Shown piece after piece: positions 1 through 9,930 of a stretch of 64,000 bases of DNA (position 1 is its first letter; each line of letters starts with the position of its first letter). The stretch comes from an uncultured Acinetobacter sp. Lineage in GTDB: Bacteria; Pseudomonadota; Gammaproteobacteria; Pseudomonadales; Moraxellaceae. The notes beneath the pieces were generated by a model. The model searched no databases and was not told the DNA's origin. It saw only the letters and a list, made by a program, of their open reading frames with translations. The stretch lies in contig NZ_CALUDM010000001.1 of the NCBI RefSeq assembly GCF_943914805.1, positions 7,586 to 71,585 of the forward strand, written 5' to 3'. The position numbers and the translations under genes are program-made.

Positions 1-21
1 AAACAAATAATGACTTTAAAT

Positions 22-999
22 ATGGCAAAAAACTTCTATGAGGAATTAGGTGTCGCTAAAACAGCAACACCCGACGAAATTAAAAAGGCTTATCGCAAAT
101 TAGCTAGAAAATACCATCCAGATGTAAGCAAGGAAGCCAATGCTGAAGAAAAAATGCAGGCCATCAATGTCGCTTATGACACACTTGGCGATGAAGAAAA
201 GAAAAAGCAATATGACTTTGAATTAGAACATCCACAAGGTTTTGGTGGTTTTGGACAAGGTTCTGGCGGCTTTGGGCAAGGTTCAGGTGGTTTTGGTGAT
301 GGGCAATATTATCAGCAAAGTCACCAAGGCAATGCACAAGACTTTAGCGGATTTGAAGATTTATTCGGTCGCTTTGGTGGCGGTTTTGGCGGTGGTCAGC
401 AGCATGATTTTGGTCAACGTGGTTCTAGACAACAAAGAAGCTATAAGGGTGAAGACCAACATGCCAGTATAGAAGTTCCGATTGATGTTGCCTACGAAGG
501 CTCAACGCAAAGCATTACCCTACAAATCCCAACTTATAATGCTTATGGTGAACCTGAAGTTCAGCGTAAAACCTTACAAGTTAAAATTCCAAAAGGCATG
601 AAAGAAGGACAACAAATTCGTCTTTCTAAGCAAGGTCAAGCTGGGATCAATGGTGGTGAAAATGGTGATTTGTACATCGAAATTCAGTACCAAGATACCG
701 ACCGTATTCGAGTGGAAGGCGCTGATGTGTATTACACCGTTGATGTCACACCTTGGGAAGCAGCACTCGGACAAAGTATTGAGGTCAGTACGCCCGCAGG
801 GAAAGTAAAAGTCACCGTTCCTAAAAATGCCAAAAGCAATCAACAATTACGTTTAAAAGACAAAGGAATACCAAATAAAACACCTGGACACTTATATTTG
901 GTGATTAATATTGTATATCCAAAAGCAGAAACAGAAACCCAGCAAAAAGCTTATCAAGACTTTGCTGATGCTTTTTCACATTTTAATCCTCGTTCATAA
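22..999 (+). CDS. cbpA: Curved DNA-binding protein CbpA (DnaJ-like co-chaperone: J domain, G/F region, C-terminal DnaJ_C domains, no Zn finger)
   Basis: N-terminal J domain with HPD motif (NFYEELGV...KAYRKLARKYHPDV). Gly/Phe-rich GFGGFGQGSGGFG linker. No CxxCxGxG zinc-finger repeats. 329-aa ORF (start at M22; track ORF opens at 10). Immediately followed by cbpM, as in E. coli cbpAM. Confidence 0.85.
   Translation: MAKNFYEELGVAKTATPDEIKKAYRKLARKYHPDVSKEANAEEKMQAINVAYDTLGDEEKKKQYDFELEHPQGFGGFGQGSGGFGQGSGGFGDGQYYQQSHQGNAQDFSGFEDLFGRFGGGFGGGQQHDFGQRGSRQQRSYKGEDQHASIEVPIDVAYEGSTQSITLQIPTYNAYGEPEVQRKTLQVKIPKGMKEGQQIRLSKQGQAGINGGENGDLYIEIQYQDTDRIRVEGADVYYTVDVTPWEAALGQSIEVSTPAGKVKVTVPKNAKSNQQLRLKDKGIPNKTPGHLYLVINIVYPKAETETQQKAYQDFADAFSHFNPRS
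238..300 (+). repeat. In-frame tandem nucleotide repeat encoding the G/F-rich linker of CbpA (ggttttgg.../ggctttgg... units)
   Basis: Visible repeated GGTTTTGG(T/A)... and CAAGGTTC(T/A)GG units encoding GFGGFGQGSGGFGQGSGGFG. Confidence 0.6.
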
Positions 1000-1037
1000 A
1001 CCTGTATGCAAATTAACAATGTCAAAGGAGAGCAATC

Positions 1038-1370
1038 ATGACAACTATTCAATATCGTGAGATTGTCTATGACGGTTATCAGGATGCAGAAATCGTAGAC
1101 GAAAATTTAAATTTAGATCTGAAACGCTTTGCGCAAGCATGCGGTCAAAGTCCTGATTGGATTTTGCAATTGCTTGAATATGAAATTTTACCGGCTCGCC
1201 CTGAAGATCGTATTCATCAATTCTTTGGAGAAGATATTTCACGTGCTCGCCGAGCTTATCGTCTACAACGTGACTTTGAAGCCAGCCTGTCCGCCGTCGC
1301 AATGATGATGGATTTAATTGATGAAGTTCAACAATTACGCAAACAAGTCAAACACTTTCACTTTGAATAA
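1038..1370 (+). CDS. cbpM: Chaperone modulator CbpM (MerR-like fold)
   Basis: 110-aa ORF 38 bp downstream of cbpA with GGAG RBS. Size and position match the cbpA-cbpM operon architecture. Confidence 0.7.
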   Translation: MTTIQYREIVYDGYQDAEIVDENLNLDLKRFAQACGQSPDWILQLLEYEILPARPEDRIHQFFGEDISRARRAYRLQRDFEASLSAVAMMMDLIDEVQQLRKQVKHFHFE

Positions 1371-1399
1371 CGCTAATTCATTTCAAATTGTTAATAGCT

Positions 1400-1428
1400 A
1401 GTGACAGGTTAATATTTAACCTGTCATG
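1400..1428 (+). terminator. Perfect 10-bp-arm palindrome TGACAGGTTA-atatt-TAACCTGTCA after cbpM; terminator-like hairpin or protein-binding site
   Basis: Seen at 1402-1426. Reverse complement of left arm equals right arm. Not followed by a strong T-run, so a binding site is an alternative. Confidence 0.45.
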
Positions 1429-1508
1429 ATCAGCAACCTGTACTTTATGTTTTGCTAAGTTGTTTTTGTTAATCGATTAAAATCTTTTACACGAGGTGAC
1501 GTGCTACC

Positions 1509-1778
1509 ATGAACTCTAAGGTAATGAATAAAAAGCTTAAACTGATGTTTCCTGAGCACAGAGAGCTGATGTGTACTTTAAAACAAGAAGACCCACATTT
1601 TGCTAAACTTTTGACAGATCACGATCAACTGGATCGTGAAATTAGCCAACTTGAACTTGATCCCATTAATCATATTCATGCGGACATTGAACTGCTGAAA
1701 CGTAAAAAATTAAAATTAAAAGATCAACTTTATCTTATTCTACAAAAAGCAGCCCAAATGAATCCTCAAACAGAATAA
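1509..1778 (+). CDS. DUF465 / YdcH-family small protein
   Basis: Motif MFPEHRELMCTLKQEDPHFAKL...LKRKKLKLKDQL resembles E. coli YdcH (MFPEYRDLISRLK...MKKQKLQLKDEM). The true start may be the internal Met at about 1545. Confidence 0.7.
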   Translation: MNSKVMNKKLKLMFPEHRELMCTLKQEDPHFAKLLTDHDQLDREISQLELDPINHIHADIELLKRKKLKLKDQLYLILQKAAQMNPQTE

Positions 1779-1785
1779 CGGTTGA

Positions 1786-3030
1786 TTATTTCAGTTTTGT
1801 GATTTTTTCGACTTCTTTCATGGTTTGCTTAATTGGTTCATAATTTAAAAACCAAAGCAGATCGACACGTTGATTTCTGTGTTGTTGAGCAAGCATATCA
1901 ATGACACTTCTTTCCCCTCGTCCAACCAAATGTCTGCGATAAAAATAGACGATTAGGATTACGGTACACAACAGCATCACCATTAACATCATCCAAAAAC
2001 CAACAGGATTTTTGAGCCCAGGAATAAATTCAAAATTCATTCCATAGACACCTGTTAATAATGTTAATGGTGCAAATACAGCCGTAATGATTGCAAGTAT
2101 TCGCATATTTTCATTGGTTTGATTGGCAATCGCTGAAAAATGTAGATCAATTGCAGATTGTATCGCATTGCTTAAACGCACTGTATATTTTTGAATCCGT
2201 TCAACATGGCTGACGAGATCATCCACACGAACGAGCATCATGTCTTGTTTTTCAGTCTTTTTCTTTCCTTTCAGATGAGAGTAGTTTTCTACAATTTCAT
2301 CTCTAAGCTCCTGTAAAGCATCAATTTGCTCTTCACATAAATTTTCGATTTGTTGAAAGCCTAAATTCTCTTGAAAAAGTTGGTGCCATTTGGAAAATCG
2401 ACGATTGCCTTGTAGTAATTCTTGCTGCCAAAATTCAACACGTTTCGATAATGGACCACGTAAATCTAAATAGCCATCAATCATAATATTTAACAGTCGT
2501 AACGCTAAATCCAAAGGCGTAAGCGGCAGTTTTCGCGGTTTATTTTGCTCATCTAAACTTTTAGTGGTGACATTGCTGATTCGTGACAAATAACTCTCAA
2601 AAGTATGATTACCTTTTTCATGCACTGTAATCAAAACCTGTGAAGTTATAATAAAACTAATCGGAGAAGTCGCTAATCCATAGACATTTTCATACTGATC
2701 TGACGCATTCTCACCATTATCAATTTGGTCATCAGGCGTAATCAGTTTGCGGAAAATGAGTAAATCGTACTCTTCCATCGCATCAAATGCGCAAGGATGA
2801 TCTATATTTAAAATATCTCGAATGTGATATTCATTAAGTTGAATACCCGTCGCATCCAAAACTTCTTTTTGCCATTGTTCAGCACGATTCACCACATCTT
2901 CACGGGTACAATCAATCCAAATAAATTGCGGTTCTGCTTGAGAACTATTTTCTCGCTGTACACAGGTGTGGTGTTCATCTTGATGTTGAAAAAAATAAAA
3001 TGTTTGCATAATCGCAATAATTGTTGGCAT
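1786..3030 (-). CDS. CorA-family divalent cation (Mg2+/Co2+) transporter with extended N-terminal cytoplasmic domain
   Basis: C-terminal two TM helices with the signature YGMNFEFIP (GMN motif) followed by a basic tail. 414 aa, longer than the about 316-aa E. coli CorA. Confidence 0.75.
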   Translation of the reverse strand: MPTIIAIMQTFYFFQHQDEHHTCVQRENSSQAEPQFIWIDCTREDVVNRAEQWQKEVLDATGIQLNEYHIRDILNIDHPCAFDAMEEYDLLIFRKLITPDDQIDNGENASDQYENVYGLATSPISFIITSQVLITVHEKGNHTFESYLSRISNVTTKSLDEQNKPRKLPLTPLDLALRLLNIMIDGYLDLRGPLSKRVEFWQQELLQGNRRFSKWHQLFQENLGFQQIENLCEEQIDALQELRDEIVENYSHLKGKKKTEKQDMMLVRVDDLVSHVERIQKYTVRLSNAIQSAIDLHFSAIANQTNENMRILAIITAVFAPLTLLTGVYGMNFEFIPGLKNPVGFWMMLMVMLLCTVILIVYFYRRHLVGRGERSVIDMLAQQHRNQRVDLLWFLNYEPIKQTMKEVEKITKLK

Positions 3031-3155
3031 TTCTTAATTTACATCATGCCATAAAAAAAGCCCTGAACAAGCCAAAGTTATCACTTTGACAAAGCTCAGA
3101 GCCTTTTTAATCAATTTTAATTCACATGAGTAAACTCATCTGAATATGCAAAAGA

Positions 3156-5249
3156 TTAAGCTTGATCTACATCTTTCATTGTTAATTTAATACGACCGCG
3201 GTTGTCTACATCTGCAACTTGTACTTTAACGTCTTGACCTTCAGCCAATACGTCAGACACGTTTGCAACACGTTCGTTAGAAATTTGAGAGATATGAAGT
3301 AAACCATCTGTACCCGGCATAATGTTTACAAACGCACCGAATTCAACGATACGAATCACTTTACCAACATAGATTTTACCTGGTTCAACTTCAGCAGTAA
3401 GTGCTTGGATTTTAGCGATAGCAGCTTGAGCAGCCGCTTTAGTTTCACCAAATACACGAACTGTACCGTTGTCTTCGATATCAATCGCTGCTTTAGTTTC
3501 TTCAGTGATTGCACGAATTGTCGCACCACCTTTACCAATAACATCACGGATCTTATCTGGGTTGATATTGATCACTTGGAATGTAGGCGCATGCATTGAA
3601 ATTTCAGGGCGTGCACGTGAAATCACTTGGTTCATTGCATTAAGGATATGCATACGACCCGCATACGCTTGATTTAACGCAGCTTCCATGATTTCTTCAG
3701 TGATACCTTCGATTTTGATATCCATTTGAAGTGCAGTAATACCGTTAGCAGAACCCGCTACTTTAAAGTCCATATCACCAAGATGATCTTCATCACCTAA
3801 GATGTCAGAAAGAACTGCGAAACGCTCGCCTTCTTTCACTAGACCCATTGCGATACCCGCAACTGGTGCTTTAAGTGGAACACCTGCATCCATAAGTGAT
3901 AATGAAGCACCACAAACAGAAGCCATAGAAGATGAACCATTAGATTCAGTAATATCAGATACGATACGAATCACGTATGGGAAACGGTCAGCAGCAGGAA
4001 GAACAGCTTGTACACCACGACGTGCTAAACGACCATGACCAATTTCACGACGCTTAGGACCAGATTCACGACCTGTTTCACCTACAGAATATGCAGGGAA
4101 GTTGTAGTGCAACATGAAGTTGTCAGTTTTTGTACCTGAAAGTGTATCTACCATCAATGCATCACGTGTATTACCCAAAGTTGTTGTTACCAACGCCTGA
4201 GTTTCGCCACGAGTAAACAATGAAGAACCGTGTGCACGATCTAATACGCCTACTTGAACGTCTAAACCACGAACAGTTTTAGTATCACGACCATCAATAC
4301 GTGGCTTACCTGACAAGATGTTGTCACGTACTGTACGGTATTTAAGGTCTTCAAATAATTCATTTAAATCATCTGCAATGCCTGTTTCGTCATTTTCTGG
4401 AACGAATTGAGCAACTGCTTCAGCTTGTAATGCATCTAAAGCTGCATAACGATCATGTTTAACCGCAATGGTGTATGCTTCAGAGATTTTTGCTTCAAAA
4501 GCTTCTTTAAGTTTTGCACGAAGATCTTCGTTTTTAGCTGGAGCAGTCCAAGTTGACTCAGTTGCACCTGCTGCCGCAGCAAATTCTTTAATCGCTTGGA
4601 TTGCGATTTGCATTTCGTCATGACCGAAAAGCACAGCACCTAACATTTGATCTTCTGAAAGTTCTTTCGCTTCAGATTCAACCATTAGAACTGCTGACTC
4701 TGTACCTGAAACAACAAGGTCAAGATCGCTTTCTTTAAGTTGTTCTAAATTTGGGTTAAGAACATATTCACCGTTGATCAAACCAACACGTGCGCCAGCA
4801 ATTGGACCACGGAAAGGAACACCTGCAATTGACATTGCAGCTGAAGTACCTAACATTGCAGCAATGTCAGCATCCATCGTTTTATCAGAAGAAACAACAG
4901 TTGCTGTTACTTGGATTTCGTTATAGAAACCTTCTGGGAACAATGGGCGAATTGGACGGTCGATAAGACGTGAAATTAAAGTTTCAGCTTCTGAAGCACG
5001 ACCTTCACGTTTACCATAACCACCTGGAATACGACCAGCAGCATATTGTTTTTCTTGATAATTTACTGTTAATGGGAAGAAGTCTTGACCCGCTTTCGCT
5101 TTTGGTTGAGCAACAACAGCAACAAGTACTGTTACGCCACCCATTGTAATCATTACAGTATTTGCTTGACGTGCAACACGACCTGTTTCAAGTACAACTT
5201 GGTGTTGGCCATATTGAAATTCTTTACGAATAACATTAAACATTGACAT
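3156..5249 (-). CDS. pnp: Polynucleotide phosphorylase (PNPase)
   Basis: N-terminus [26 protein letters not shown]...[28 protein letters not shown] is almost identical in pattern to E. coli PNPase. Two RNase PH domains plus C-terminal KH/S1 ([13 protein letters not shown]). Located downstream of rpsO. Confidence 0.97.
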   Translation of the reverse strand: MSMFNVIRKEFQYGQHQVVLETGRVARQANTVMITMGGVTVLVAVVAQPKAKAGQDFFPLTVNYQEKQYAAGRIPGGYGKREGRASEAETLISRLIDRPIRPLFPEGFYNEIQVTATVVSSDKTMDADIAAMLGTSAAMSIAGVPFRGPIAGARVGLINGEYVLNPNLEQLKESDLDLVVSGTESAVLMVESEAKELSEDQMLGAVLFGHDEMQIAIQAIKEFAAAAGATESTWTAPAKNEDLRAKLKEAFEAKISEAYTIAVKHDRYAALDALQAEAVAQFVPENDETGIADDLNELFEDLKYRTVRDNILSGKPRIDGRDTKTVRGLDVQVGVLDRAHGSSLFTRGETQALVTTTLGNTRDALMVDTLSGTKTDNFMLHYNFPAYSVGETGRESGPKRREIGHGRLARRGVQAVLPAADRFPYVIRIVSDITESNGSSSMASVCGASLSLMDAGVPLKAPVAGIAMGLVKEGERFAVLSDILGDEDHLGDMDFKVAGSANGITALQMDIKIEGITEEIMEAALNQAYAGRMHILNAMNQVISRARPEISMHAPTFQVININPDKIRDVIGKGGATIRAITEETKAAIDIEDNGTVRVFGETKAAAQAAIAKIQALTAEVEPGKIYVGKVIRIVEFGAFVNIMPGTDGLLHISQISNERVANVSDVLAEGQDVKVQVADVDNRGRIKLTMKDVDQA

Positions 5250-5384
5250 GTATTTTTATTTCCTAGTTCTTTTGAACAGTTATTCTAGTGGAGACCCCTA
5301 AGGTTTGGCATTCATTTTAACCACATAAATGACAAAGCTTAGAAGCCGACCTCACTAGAGAATAAACACTAATTTTAAACACAA

Positions 5385-5412
5385 AGAAGGAGCGAAACAT
5401 TCGCCCCTTCCA
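5385..5412 (-). terminator. rpsO-pnp intercistronic rho-independent terminator/attenuator (minus strand)
   Basis: On the minus-strand RNA: GGGGCGAA-ugu-UUCGCUCC followed by UUCUUUGUGUUU. The stem is perfect only on the minus strand (one G.U wobble). An additional GATCTAG/CTAGATC hairpin lies at 5415-5436. Confidence 0.6.
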
Positions 5413-5500
5413 ATGATCTAGTCAAAAGCTAGATCGACTTTAGTTTTCATCAATACAGCATTCAGCATGCAATAATCCGAAAATAAAAGTTTAAATCGAA

Positions 5501-5770
5501 TTAACGACGTAAACCTAAAGCAGCAATCAAATCGCTATAACGAGTAGCATCTTTACCTTTAAGGTAATCAAGAAGCTTACGACGTTGGTTAACCATACGA
5601 ATCAAACCACGACGGCTATGATGGTCGTGTTTATGTTCTTTAAAGTGACCTTGCAAATCATTGATTTGAGCAGTCAATAAAGCAACTTGTACTTCTGGTG
5701 AACCAGTGTCATTTTCAGCACGAGCGAATTTCGCAACGATCTCTGCGCGATCTGTATTTGTTAAAGCCAT
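5501..5770 (-). CDS. rpsO: 30S ribosomal protein S15
   Basis: 89 aa. [71 protein letters not shown] is a near-canonical S15 sequence. Confidence 0.97.
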   Translation of the reverse strand: MALTNTDRAEIVAKFARAENDTGSPEVQVALLTAQINDLQGHFKEHKHDHHSRRGLIRMVNQRRKLLDYLKGKDATRYSDLIAALGLRR

Positions 5771-6123
5771 TCGATTTCTCCGAGATGCTTATATATACTT
5801 GATAAAAATCAATTTAATGAAAAACATTAACTTTGACTGCCGTGCATCACTACAGCAGTCGCCTATTTTAAAGGAACTACCCTAAGATTGCAAAATTATC
5901 GTGGTGATATTTGTCGTTTATCTTCTGAGCCAATCCTGTTTATTGATGCACCCGACATTTTCCTTATGAGAAAGAACTGAGACAAAATTAAGAAAACTCA
6001 AAATAATTGAAGGGTTTGCCCAAGCTGATCTAAAAACCTTACTTGCAAATTTATAATTAAGCTTTGGCAGTTAGGACACTGACAATAAAAGGTTCTAAAG
6101 GCAGACTGGCACATATAAAAAAA

Positions 6124-7437
6124 ATGATGGAATACAATGTGAAAATATTTTCAACCAATACCTGTTACGTGCCAAAGGATTTAAGCACCGTTACACAGTC
6201 AAAGCATGAAGTTGCCGCAGAACTTGGGGGAATGACTGATGCACAAGTACAAAAAATTTGGCACAGCATTGAGTCTTTATACAAAACAGGGAATCACCCG
6301 TTAATTAGCGTTTGCATACGACGTAAAGGGCAAATGATTTTAAATCGTAGTCTAGGCTATGCACAGGGCAACACAGCCAATGGCTTAGCGAAAGACGCCC
6401 TGATTGCCACTCCTGATTCCCCTGTATGTTTATTTTCAGCATCTAAAATCGTGACCGCCATGTTGATCCATATGTTGGATGAAACAGGTGAAATCAATTT
6501 GCTTGATCCGATTAGCCATTACATCCCTGAATATGCTCAGAATGGTAAAAGTCGTGCCACGATTTTTCATTTATTGTCACATCGTGGTGGTATTCCTCGC
6601 ATTGAAATGGAAGTCACACCTGAATTATTGTTTGATCGTGAGCAGATTTTACATCATCTTTTTGCAGCAAAACCGTTACTCCCTGCAGGCACACATCTTG
6701 CCTACCATGCAGTGACCGCAGGTTATGTGTTAGGAGAACTGATTGAACGCGTGACTGGGCAAGATATTCGTCAGTTTCTACATGAACGCATTGAAAAACC
6801 AATGGGAATGGATTACTTCAACTACGGGTTAAAGTCTAAGTTGCGTGATCAAGTTGCATTGAGTGCTGCAACTGGGATTCACCCCAAATTAGGCACTGAT
6901 TTTTATTTAGATCATGTCTTAGGTGGTGGTTTAGAACTTGCTGTAGACGTAACCAATGACCATCGTTTCATGGATACCATTTGCCCAGCAGGAAATATTT
7001 ATACCAGTGCTGAACAAGCCAATCGTTTCTTTGAAATGTTGCTCAATGGCGGTGAATACAATGGTACACAGATTATGAGCCCTCAAACTGTTTTCCGTGC
7101 AACTTTACCAACTTCCGCAACAAGTATAGATCGTACACTTTTAGCACCGATGCGTTATGCACTGGGGCCAATGCTCGGTAATAATCCAGTCGGAATCTTT
7201 GGCCCACATACAGGACAGGCTTTTGGACATTTAGGTTTTTCTAATATTCTATGTTGGGCAGATCCTGAACGTGATATCAGTGTCAGTATTCTAAATACAG
7301 GAAAATCTGTTGTAGGTACACATCTGAAATCTTTAGCTAATGTGTTATTGCAGATTTCTACTCAATGTCCAAAAATTCCAAAAGCACAACGCCGTTCTTT
7401 ATTCAGTACTGACCGCACCACAATGGATTTGGTTTAA
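6124..7437 (+). CDS. Serine hydrolase of the beta-lactamase/transpeptidase fold (esterase/class-C beta-lactamase-related)
   Basis: S-x-x-K active-site motif (FSASKIV) near the N-terminus of the catalytic domain. About 440 aa, typical of EstB/AmpC-like hydrolases. The track ORF opens with TTG at 6064; the ATG at 6124 (MMEYNVK) is more plausible. Confidence 0.6.
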   Translation: MMEYNVKIFSTNTCYVPKDLSTVTQSKHEVAAELGGMTDAQVQKIWHSIESLYKTGNHPLISVCIRRKGQMILNRSLGYAQGNTANGLAKDALIATPDSPVCLFSASKIVTAMLIHMLDETGEINLLDPISHYIPEYAQNGKSRATIFHLLSHRGGIPRIEMEVTPELLFDREQILHHLFAAKPLLPAGTHLAYHAVTAGYVLGELIERVTGQDIRQFLHERIEKPMGMDYFNYGLKSKLRDQVALSAATGIHPKLGTDFYLDHVLGGGLELAVDVTNDHRFMDTICPAGNIYTSAEQANRFFEMLLNGGEYNGTQIMSPQTVFRATLPTSATSIDRTLLAPMRYALGPMLGNNPVGIFGPHTGQAFGHLGFSNILCWADPERDISVSILNTGKSVVGTHLKSLANVLLQISTQCPKIPKAQRRSLFSTDRTTMDLV

Positions 7438-7495
7438 TTCAAAATCACACCATAATATATTTTAAGGCAGATATTTGTTTTAGAACCGTTCTAAT

Positions 7496-7532
7496 AAAAA
7501 AGCCCTAAGATTACGCTTAGGGCTTTTCCATT
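7496..7532 (+). terminator. Rho-independent terminator of the serine hydrolase gene
   Basis: AAAAAGCCCTAAG-attacg-CTTAGGGCTTTTCC: 9-bp GC-containing stem followed by a T-run. Confidence 0.7.
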
Positions 7533-7830
7533 TACGCTGTAATTTCTTATTTTTTCATTGTTGTTTTTTAATTTATTATTTTTATTTTCCGTGCCCATTC
7601 ACGTTTTATTAATACGGTCCATGTTCTTAATTTTTCGCATTTCCTTATGTTTTGTATTGTGACAGATTTATTTTCCAACAAAAGTCGTATTTTTCACCTT
7701 TTCCTGTACGAAATAACCCACATTAGGTAAACAATGAGAGTTTAAATCGAGGCAGACTATTAATATTTTATAAATGACCAGTGTTATAGACTGAAACTTT
7801 GAGTAAACGAAATACAAAATCGTAGCAAAT

Positions 7831-7868
7831 AAAAAAGCCCTGTAGTCTCTCCCAAAACTACAAGGCTT
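7831..7868 (-). terminator. Minus-strand rho-independent terminator about 215 bp downstream of recD
   Basis: Top strand AAAAAAGCCCTGTAGT-ctctcccaaa-ACTACAAGGCT. On the minus-strand RNA the 11-bp stem is perfect with one G.U wobble and is followed by U6. On the plus strand the same position is a C.A mismatch, so it is strand-specific. Confidence 0.6.
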
Positions 7869-8083
7869 AGCGGCTGTAAGTTTCCTCTTATCACTTACAT
7901 CATGTAAGTTCGCAGTCTCTCGACTTTAACTCGTTATTATTATGTGATTTTACTCAACGATCCTTGCTGAGCTCTTTATGGACTCATCATCTCAGAAAGC
8001 CTTGTGAAGCTCTATGCGCTAATATCTCGAATTCATGTAAGCAATTTCGTACATAACGTAAATTAGTTACATTTCATTAACAA

Positions 8084-9847
8084 TTATTTGTTTTTATTAA
8101 TTTTACTAACCAATCCACTCATTCTAATGGTTGCAATGCTCAAAGATTGTCTAAATGCATTTTTATCGACCAGTAAACTCACCACAGACTTGGCGCGTGT
8201 TATTGCTGTGTAAATCAGTTCTTGGCTTAAAAGTTTTGTTGCAGCCTTATCCAAGACCACAGCAGTATGGGTAAACTCTGAACCTTGTGACTTATGAATG
8301 GTCAGTACAAAAGCAGTTTGAATGGCTTTAGGCAGCCGAGTGGCAGAAATCCATTTATTTAAACTTGGGAAAAATACTTCAAATTGTTCAGCTTGTTGTC
8401 TGTGTTTAAAACAGATTCCAATATCACCGTTGGATAGTCCCAATTGATAATCATTATAAGTCATCATCACAGGGCGTCCGACATACCAATCGCCTTGACG
8501 GTATAAAGTTGGAAGCGCTTCAAATAAAGCCCTTTCCATTTCTAGATTTAAAGTATTTAGACCAAACTGACCATGCCGTACGGCGGTAAGTATTCGATAT
8601 TGATCAAATGCTTGGGTAACTGAATCGATGTAATCATTCGAATTTTCAGCATTGAGATATTCTTTTAAACTTTGAAAATACTGCTGAAATCCCCAACTCA
8701 ATTTCTGATAATACGAAGCTAAATCTGTTTGGGGAATATCTTCAGGTAAATATTCCAGTTGAATGATATCTTGCATATCTTTTTGCAAAATAATCGGCTG
8801 CAATTCAGACGCCTGCACCACTTCATTTTCAAAATGGCTGAGTAATGTTGTTGGGTCAATATCAGATTGTTTTTGCGCCTGAATAAATTGCGCCATTTTC
8901 CCAATCAGGGCATCACCTTTAAAACGCTGACTGTTTAATAAATGGCTACGATTTTCTTGTAATGATGCAACTTGTTGTAAATCCGCAAGAACCGATCCAA
9001 CATCTACCGAAGCAAGCTGATTGGCATCGCCCAATAAAATCAATCGACAATGATCAGGAACAGCTTCAAATAATAACGTTGCGAGATTTAAATCCAGCAT
9101 CGATGCTTCATCAATCACAATCACGTCGTAAGGCAAGGGTTGTCGCTGATTAAAACGTGGCAATTGTTGATGACCTAAGCCCAATAAACGATGAATCGTG
9201 ATGGGATTAAATTGATCTAAACGTAGACCAAACTTTTGTAATTTAGGATCTAATAATGACTTTTGTAATGCCTCACCCATACGTTGTGCAGCCTTACCTG
9301 TTGGTGCGGCCATAGCAATACGAATATTTGGAATAGCGTGATGTAATACGGCAATAATCCGTGCCAAAGTGTATGTTTTACCTGTCCCTGGCCCACCTGT
9401 AATGATATTAAAAGCATGTTGCGCAACGCTATTTAAAGCAGCTTTTTGATACACATCCGTCAGGAGATCATCAAAAGAAGCAACATCAATAGGCTGTATT
9501 TTTTGTTGTTTTAACCGAATGACTTGGGTTGCTAATCGTTGCTCTAATTTCCAATAACGATAGAGATAAAGATATTGCGCATCGTAAACAAAAGGCACCA
9601 CCTGATTTTGTGTCACATCTTCTGATAAGGCGAGCTCTGATAAAGCGAGATGACCCAAGCTTTGTATATTTTGCCCTTGTTGTGCAATACAACTATCCCC
9701 TTGCAAATTTGCTTCCAGCACTTTTTCAATCAGTAATTTCGCCTGATCGAGCTGATGTGGGTCTGTGGAAAACTGCTGTAACAGATACTGACTCCACACC
9801 GCTATCCATTGCGGTGTTTGAATGTCCAAATCTTGTTTATTTTCCAC
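8084..9847 (-). CDS. recD: Exodeoxyribonuclease V alpha subunit RecD
   Basis: SF1B helicase motifs: Walker A ITGGPGTGKTYTLARI, DExx VIVIDEASMLD, C-terminal TIHKSQGSEF. 587 aa. Last gene of the recC-recB-recD operon. Confidence 0.9.
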   Translation of the reverse strand: MENKQDLDIQTPQWIAVWSQYLLQQFSTDPHQLDQAKLLIEKVLEANLQGDSCIAQQGQNIQSLGHLALSELALSEDVTQNQVVPFVYDAQYLYLYRYWKLEQRLATQVIRLKQQKIQPIDVASFDDLLTDVYQKAALNSVAQHAFNIITGGPGTGKTYTLARIIAVLHHAIPNIRIAMAAPTGKAAQRMGEALQKSLLDPKLQKFGLRLDQFNPITIHRLLGLGHQQLPRFNQRQPLPYDVIVIDEASMLDLNLATLLFEAVPDHCRLILLGDANQLASVDVGSVLADLQQVASLQENRSHLLNSQRFKGDALIGKMAQFIQAQKQSDIDPTTLLSHFENEVVQASELQPIILQKDMQDIIQLEYLPEDIPQTDLASYYQKLSWGFQQYFQSLKEYLNAENSNDYIDSVTQAFDQYRILTAVRHGQFGLNTLNLEMERALFEALPTLYRQGDWYVGRPVMMTYNDYQLGLSNGDIGICFKHRQQAEQFEVFFPSLNKWISATRLPKAIQTAFVLTIHKSQGSEFTHTAVVLDKAATKLLSQELIYTAITRAKSVVSLLVDKNAFRQSLSIATIRMSGLVSKINKNK

Positions 9848-9930
9848 ACAGTTATCCTCAGAGTTATCTACAAGGTTTTAAACATAGTTATCCACATGAT
9901 AACTATATATTAATAAAAGAATAAAGCTAC

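Noticed and set aside
242-846. Short ORFs (242-472 +, 574-846 -) inside cbpA
   Set aside because: They fully overlap a well-supported CDS in other frames, with no independent signals. They are typical shadow ORFs.
7893-7909. Palindrome ACTTACATcATGTAAGT as a tRNA or sRNA gene
   Set aside because: It is too short, and I could assemble no cloverleaf or extended structure. I retained it only as a possible binding site within the recD 3' region finding.
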